Below are positions 56,840-64,000 of a DNA stretch of 64,000 nucleotides, in pieces. The position numbers and the translations under genes were made by a program. The stretch lies in NCBI RefSeq assembly GCF_009914755.1, contig NC_060938.1; one strand, given 5' to 3'. The DNA is from the human T2T-CHM13v2.0 reference genome, Homo sapiens. Under the pieces are notes generated by a model. The model saw nothing but the letters and a program-made list of their open reading frames with translations, searched no databases and was not told where the DNA came from. How positions within the stretch are numbered: position 1 is the stretch's first letter; each line of letters starts with the position of its first letter.

Positions 56840-59208
56840 TTTTTTAATTTATTTTTTATTGATAATTCTTGGGTGTTTCTCACAGAGGGGGATTTGGCAG
56901 GGTCATAGGACAATAGTGGAGGGAAGGTCAGTAGATAAACAAGTGAACAAAGGTCTCTGGTTTTCCTAGGCAGAGGACCCTGCGGCCTTCCGCAGTGTTT
57001 GTGTCCCTGGGTACTTGAGATTAGGGAGTGGTGATGACTCTTAACGAGCATGCTGCCTTCAAGCATCTGTTTAACAAAACACATCTTGCACCGCCCTTAA
57101 TCCATTCAACCCTGAGTGGACACAGCACATGTTTCAGAGAGCACAGGGTTGGGGGTAAGGTCACAGATCAACAGGATCCCAAGGCAGAAGAAGTTTTCTT
57201 AGTACAGAACAAAATGAAAAGTCTCCCATGTCTACTTCTTTCTACACAGACACGGCAACCATCCGATTTCTCAATCTTTTCCCCACCTTTCCCGCCTTTC
57301 TATTCCACAAAGCCGCCATTGTCATCCTGGCCCGTTCTCAATGAGCTGTTGGGCACACCTCCCAGACGGGGTGGTGGCCGGGCAGAGGGGCTCCTCACTT
57401 CCCAGTAGGGGCGGCCGGGCAGAGGTGCCCCTCACCTCCCGGGCGGGGCGGCTGGCCGGGCGGGGGGCTGACCCCCCCACCTCCCTCCCGGACGGGGCGG
57501 CTGGCCGGGCAGAGGGGCTCCTCACTTCCCAGTAGGGGCGGCCGGGCAGAGGCGCCCCTCACCTCCCGGACGGGGCGGCTGGCCAGGCGGGGGGCTGATC
57601 CCCCCACCTCCCTCCCAGACGGGGCGGCTGGCCGGGCGGGGGGCTGACCCCCCCCCACCTCCCTCCCGGACAGGGCGGCTGGCCGGCCGGGGGGCTGACC
57701 CCCCCACCTCCCTCCCGGACGGGGCGGCTGGCCGGGCGGGGGGCTGACCCCCCCACCTCCCTCCCGGACGGGGCGGCTGGCCGGGCGGGGGGCTGACCCC
57801 CCCACCTCCCTCCCGGACGGGGCGGCTGGCCGGGCAGAGGCGCCCCTCACCTCCCGGACGGGGCGGCTGGCCGGGTGGGGGGCTGACCCCCCCACCTCCC
57901 TCTCCGACGGGGCGGCTGGCCTGGCAGAGGGGCTCCTCACTTCCCAGTAGGGGCGGCCGGGCAGAGGCGCCCCTCACCTCCCGGACTGGGCGGTTGGCCG
58001 GGCGGGGGGCTGACCCCCCCACCTCCCTCTCGGACAGGGCGGCTGGCCTGGCAGAGGGGCTCCTCACTTCCCAGTAGGGGCGGCCGGGCAGAGGCGCCCC
58101 TCACCTCCCGGACGGGGCGGCTGGCCGGGCGGGGGGCTGACCCCCCCACCTCCCTCCCGGACGGAGCGGCTGGCGGGGCGGGGGGCTGACCCCCCCACCT
58201 CCCTCCCGGATGGGGCGGCTGGCCTGGCGGGGGGCTGACCCCCCCCACCTCCCTCCCGGACGGGGTGGCTGCCGGGCGGAGACGCTCCTCACTTCCCAGA
58301 CGGGGCGGCTGCCGGGCGGAGGGGCTCCTCACTTCCCAGACGGGGCGGCTGCCGGGCGGAGGGGCTCCTCACTTCTCAGACGGGGCGGCCGGGCAGAGAT
58401 GCTCCTCACCTCCCAGATGGGGTCGCGGCCGGGCAGAGGTGCTCCTCACATCCCAGACGGGGCGGCGGGGCAGAGGCGCTCCCCACATCTCAGACGATGG
58501 GCGGCCGGGCAGAGACGCTCCTCACTTCCTAGATGTGATGGCAGCCGGGCAGAGGTGCTCCTCACTTCCTAGGTGGGATGGCGGCCGGGCGGAGACGCTC
58601 CTCACTTTCCAGACTGGGCAGCCAGGCAGAGGGGCTCCTCACATCCCAGATGATGGGCGGCCAGGCAGAGACGCTCCTCACTTCCCAGACGGGGTGGCGG
58701 CCGGGCAGAGGCTACAATCTCGGCACTTTGGGAGGCCAAGGCAGGCGGCTGGGAGGTGGAGGTTGTAGCGAGCCGAGATCACGCCACTGCACTCCAGCCT
58801 GGGCACCATTGAGCACTGAGTGAACGAGACTCCGTCTGCAATCCCGGCACCTCGGGAGGCCGAGGCTGGTGGATCACTTGCGGTTAGGGGCTGGAGACCG
58901 GCCTGGCCAACACAGCGAAACCCCGTCTCCACCAAAACCAGTCAGGCGTGGCGGCGTGAGTCTGCAATCGCAGGCACTCGGCAGGCTGAGTCAGGAGAAT
59001 CAGGCAGGGAGGTTGCAGTGAGCCGAGATGGCAGCAGTACAGTCCAGCTTCGGCTCAGCATGAGAGGGAGACCGTGGAAAGAGAGGGAGAGGGAGACCGT
59101 GGGGAGAGAGAGGGAGAGGGAGAGGGAGAGCGCTTAAAACAATTTTTAAGATGTATTTCTTTTCTCATAGTTCCAGAGGCCAGAAGTCCCAAGTCAAGGG
59201 TTGGAAGC
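56840..59208 (-). mobile_element. SVA retrotransposon (SVA_D-like) with 5' transduction, inserted into an Alu, antisense to PSEN1
   Basis: Poly-T, SINE-R (about 56860-57355), GC-rich VNTR (about 57355-58700), Alu-like domain (about 58700-59075), short (GGGAGA)n to 59130; 15-bp TSD AATTTTTGTATTTTT at 56825-56839 and 59209-59223. Confidence 0.96.
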
Positions 59209-59657
59209 AATTTTTGTATTTTTAGTAGAGATGGGGTTCACCATATTGGCCAGGCTGGTCTTGAACTCCTGGCCTCATGATCCGCCTGCCGTGGCCTCCC
59301 AAAGTGCTGGGATTACAGGCATGAGTCACTGCGCCCGATCTCTCAGTTTACTTTGATATGTATTAATAATAACAAAGACTAATGGATGAGGAGCTAGACA
59401 GAAATTTTATAAACCAAGTACTGCAAAATATGAATGGTAGACTCTAGGTGATATATGGGTGTTCACTGTAAAATTAATTAAATTTTGCTGTGTGTTCGAA
59501 CATTTTTGTAACAAAATGTTGGAAAATTTTTGTGGAAGAACACCAGAAACAACTTTGTTGTATCTGGATATAATTTAGAATATTCAAATGTTGGCTAGGT
59601 GCGGTGGCAACCTGTAATCCTAGCACTTTGGGAGGCCAAGGCAGGTGGATCACCTCA

Positions 59658-59915
<258 letters not shown>

Positions 59916-60344
59916 CTAGGTAAAGCCATTCTGTTGGCCTTTGCCAAATTGTACTATTTTATAAAGTTGTTTTAAAGAGAGATGTGGGCCGGGCATAGTG
60001 GTGCACATCTGTAATCTCAGCACTTTGGGAGTCTGAGGCGGGCGGATCACTTGAGGTCAGGAATTTGAGACCAGCCTGGGCAACATGGCGAAACCCTGTC
60101 TCTACTAAAAATACAAAAATTAGCCTAGCGTGGTGGCGCGCACGCGTGGTTCCACCTACTCAGGAGGCTTAAGCACGAGAATTGCTTGAACCCAGGAGGC
60201 AGAGGTTGTGGTGAGCTGAGATCGTGCCACTGCACTCCAGTCTGGGCGACAAAGTGAGACCCTGTCTCAAAAAAGAAAAAAAAAATCTGTACTTTTTAAG
60301 GGTTGTGGGACCTGTTAATTATATTGAAATGCTTTCTTTTCTAG

Positions 60345-60412
60345 GTCATCCATGCCTGGCTTATTATATCATCTCTATTGTTGCTGTTCTTTTTTTCATT
60401 CATTTACTTGGG
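60345..60412 (+). CDS. PSEN1: Presenilin-1 exon 6 (aa 161-183, TM3)
   Basis: ttctag|GTCATC; translates VIHAWLIISSLLLLFFFSFIYLG; donor GG|gtaagt; 68 nt. Confidence 0.99.
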
Positions 60413-61004
60413 GTAAGTTGTGAAATTTTTGGTCTGTCTTTCAGAATTAACTACCTTTGTGCTGTGTAGCTATCATTTAAAGCCATGTACTTTGTTGATG
60501 AATTACTCTGAAGTTTTAATTGTTTCCACATATAGGTCATACTTGGTATATAAAAGACTAGTCAGTATTACTAATTGAGACATTCTTCTGTTGCTCCTTG
60601 CTTATAATAAGTAGAACTGAAAGAACTTAAGACTACAGTTAATTCTAAGCCTTTTTGAAGATTATATAGTCTTCTAGTAGAAGTCTGTGCATCAGAATGT
60701 TTTAAGAAAGGGTTTTAAGAATGTATAAAAACCAAAATAATTGATTTTCATACTTCTATATTGTTTTTTATCAGTGACTCTTTTTTCTTTCAAATGAAAT
60801 CTTATATGAAATTTTCATATATAATATAGAAAAAAGTGGATCTAGTCTGTCAAAGAGAATAGTGAAGCTCAGAGATGTGCCAGCCTGGCCTTTTTCTCAG
60901 CTCAAGTGGCAGAATACAGTTTGTAAACAATTGCACTAGCTCTTAAATTCGAAGAGGCAGTCAAACTAATAAATAAATTGGAGAGTTATTTCTTTGGTAG
61001 AGGA

Positions 61005-63240
<2,236 letters not shown>

Positions 63241-63666
63241 CCCTGGACACTGGTGAAGCAGAGATGCCAGCTGAGGTCCTGCCCCCAGCTCCCCTTAAGC
63301 TGAGCAGTGTGGAGAACATCTTGCACAGGCTGCTGACTGCCTTCCAAGAAGCCCTTGACCTTTACCATGTGTTGGTCTCCCTTGACCGGGTGGGCACTGA
63401 GCAGTAGCAGGTGTAGACTGAGCTGGCCTCTAACTTCCTTTGGATCCACAGCCAGTTGTAGGCCAACAACGGGGTGGAGGGGTCTGATGTGGCTCCAGGC
63501 CCTCTCCAGCTCAGGTTACCCCTCCTTATGTACATTGTACTCAGAGCTGCTAGTGCAGGCTGTGCAGAGGAAGGCAGGGGACACTGAGGTCCAGCAGTCC
63601 CTGCTCCTGCTTCTGAAGAAATAGATATTTTAAGTGAATAAACTGACAGCTTAGAGGGGTAAAAAA
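63241..63666 (+). pseudogene. 5'-truncated processed pseudogene of WDR62 (C-terminal coding end plus 3' UTR)
   Basis: Translates [55 protein letters not shown] ... YSELLVQAVQRKA, closely resembling the recalled WDR62 C-terminus. Has in-frame stops, AATAAA at 63637-63642, a short A run and a degenerate TSD. Confidence 0.85.
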
Positions 63667-64000
63667 GATAATATGCAAGATCTATTGAGAATTTTAAGGC
63701 TGGGTGTGGTGGCTCACACTTGTAATCTCACCTATTTGGGAGGCCGAGGTGGGAGGATCCTTTGAGCCCAGGGGTTCTAGACCATCCTGGGCAACATGGT
63801 TGAAACTCCATCTCTACAAAAAATACAAAACTTAGCCAGGCGTGGTGGTGCATGCCTGTAGCCCCAGCTGCTTGGGAGGCTGAGTCAGGAGGATCACTTG
63901 AGCCAAGGACTTTGGGGCTGCAGTGAACTGTGGTTGTGCCCTCTATCCAGGGTGACAGTCAGACCTTGTCTCTATTTAAAAAAAAAAAAAAAAAAAATTA

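Noticed and set aside
57028-59137. Pro/Gly/Arg-rich ORFs up to 181 aa
   Set aside because: Translations of the SVA VNTR and Alu-like domain.

Overview
Human genomic DNA containing the promoter and 5' part of PSEN1 (presenilin-1) on the + strand. Non-coding exons 1A, 1B and 2 are followed by coding exons 3-6 (Met1 to Gly183), which match the wild-type protein as I recall it; the gene continues beyond the window. Upstream lie a MER4-group solo LTR and a deleted HERV-H provirus in divergent orientation. The introns are dense in Alus and also carry MST, LTR27/MER52-like, MER41 and LTR10 LTRs, an antisense SVA with a 5' transduction, old L1/L2 fragments and a decayed WDR62 retrocopy. Almost all entries in the ORF track are Alu or SVA artefacts. 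I see no wholly new gene system. The best leads are: (1) a MER41 LTR with two intact tandem STAT1 GAS motifs just upstream of exon 4; (2) an out-of-frame uORF from exon 2 that overlaps the weak-context PSEN1 start; (3) the 78-nt 5' transduction of the SVA; (4) the WDR62 retrocopy; and (5) the Phe-like PBS and env rearrangement of the HERV-H. Repeat family names are from recognition, not from a database search.
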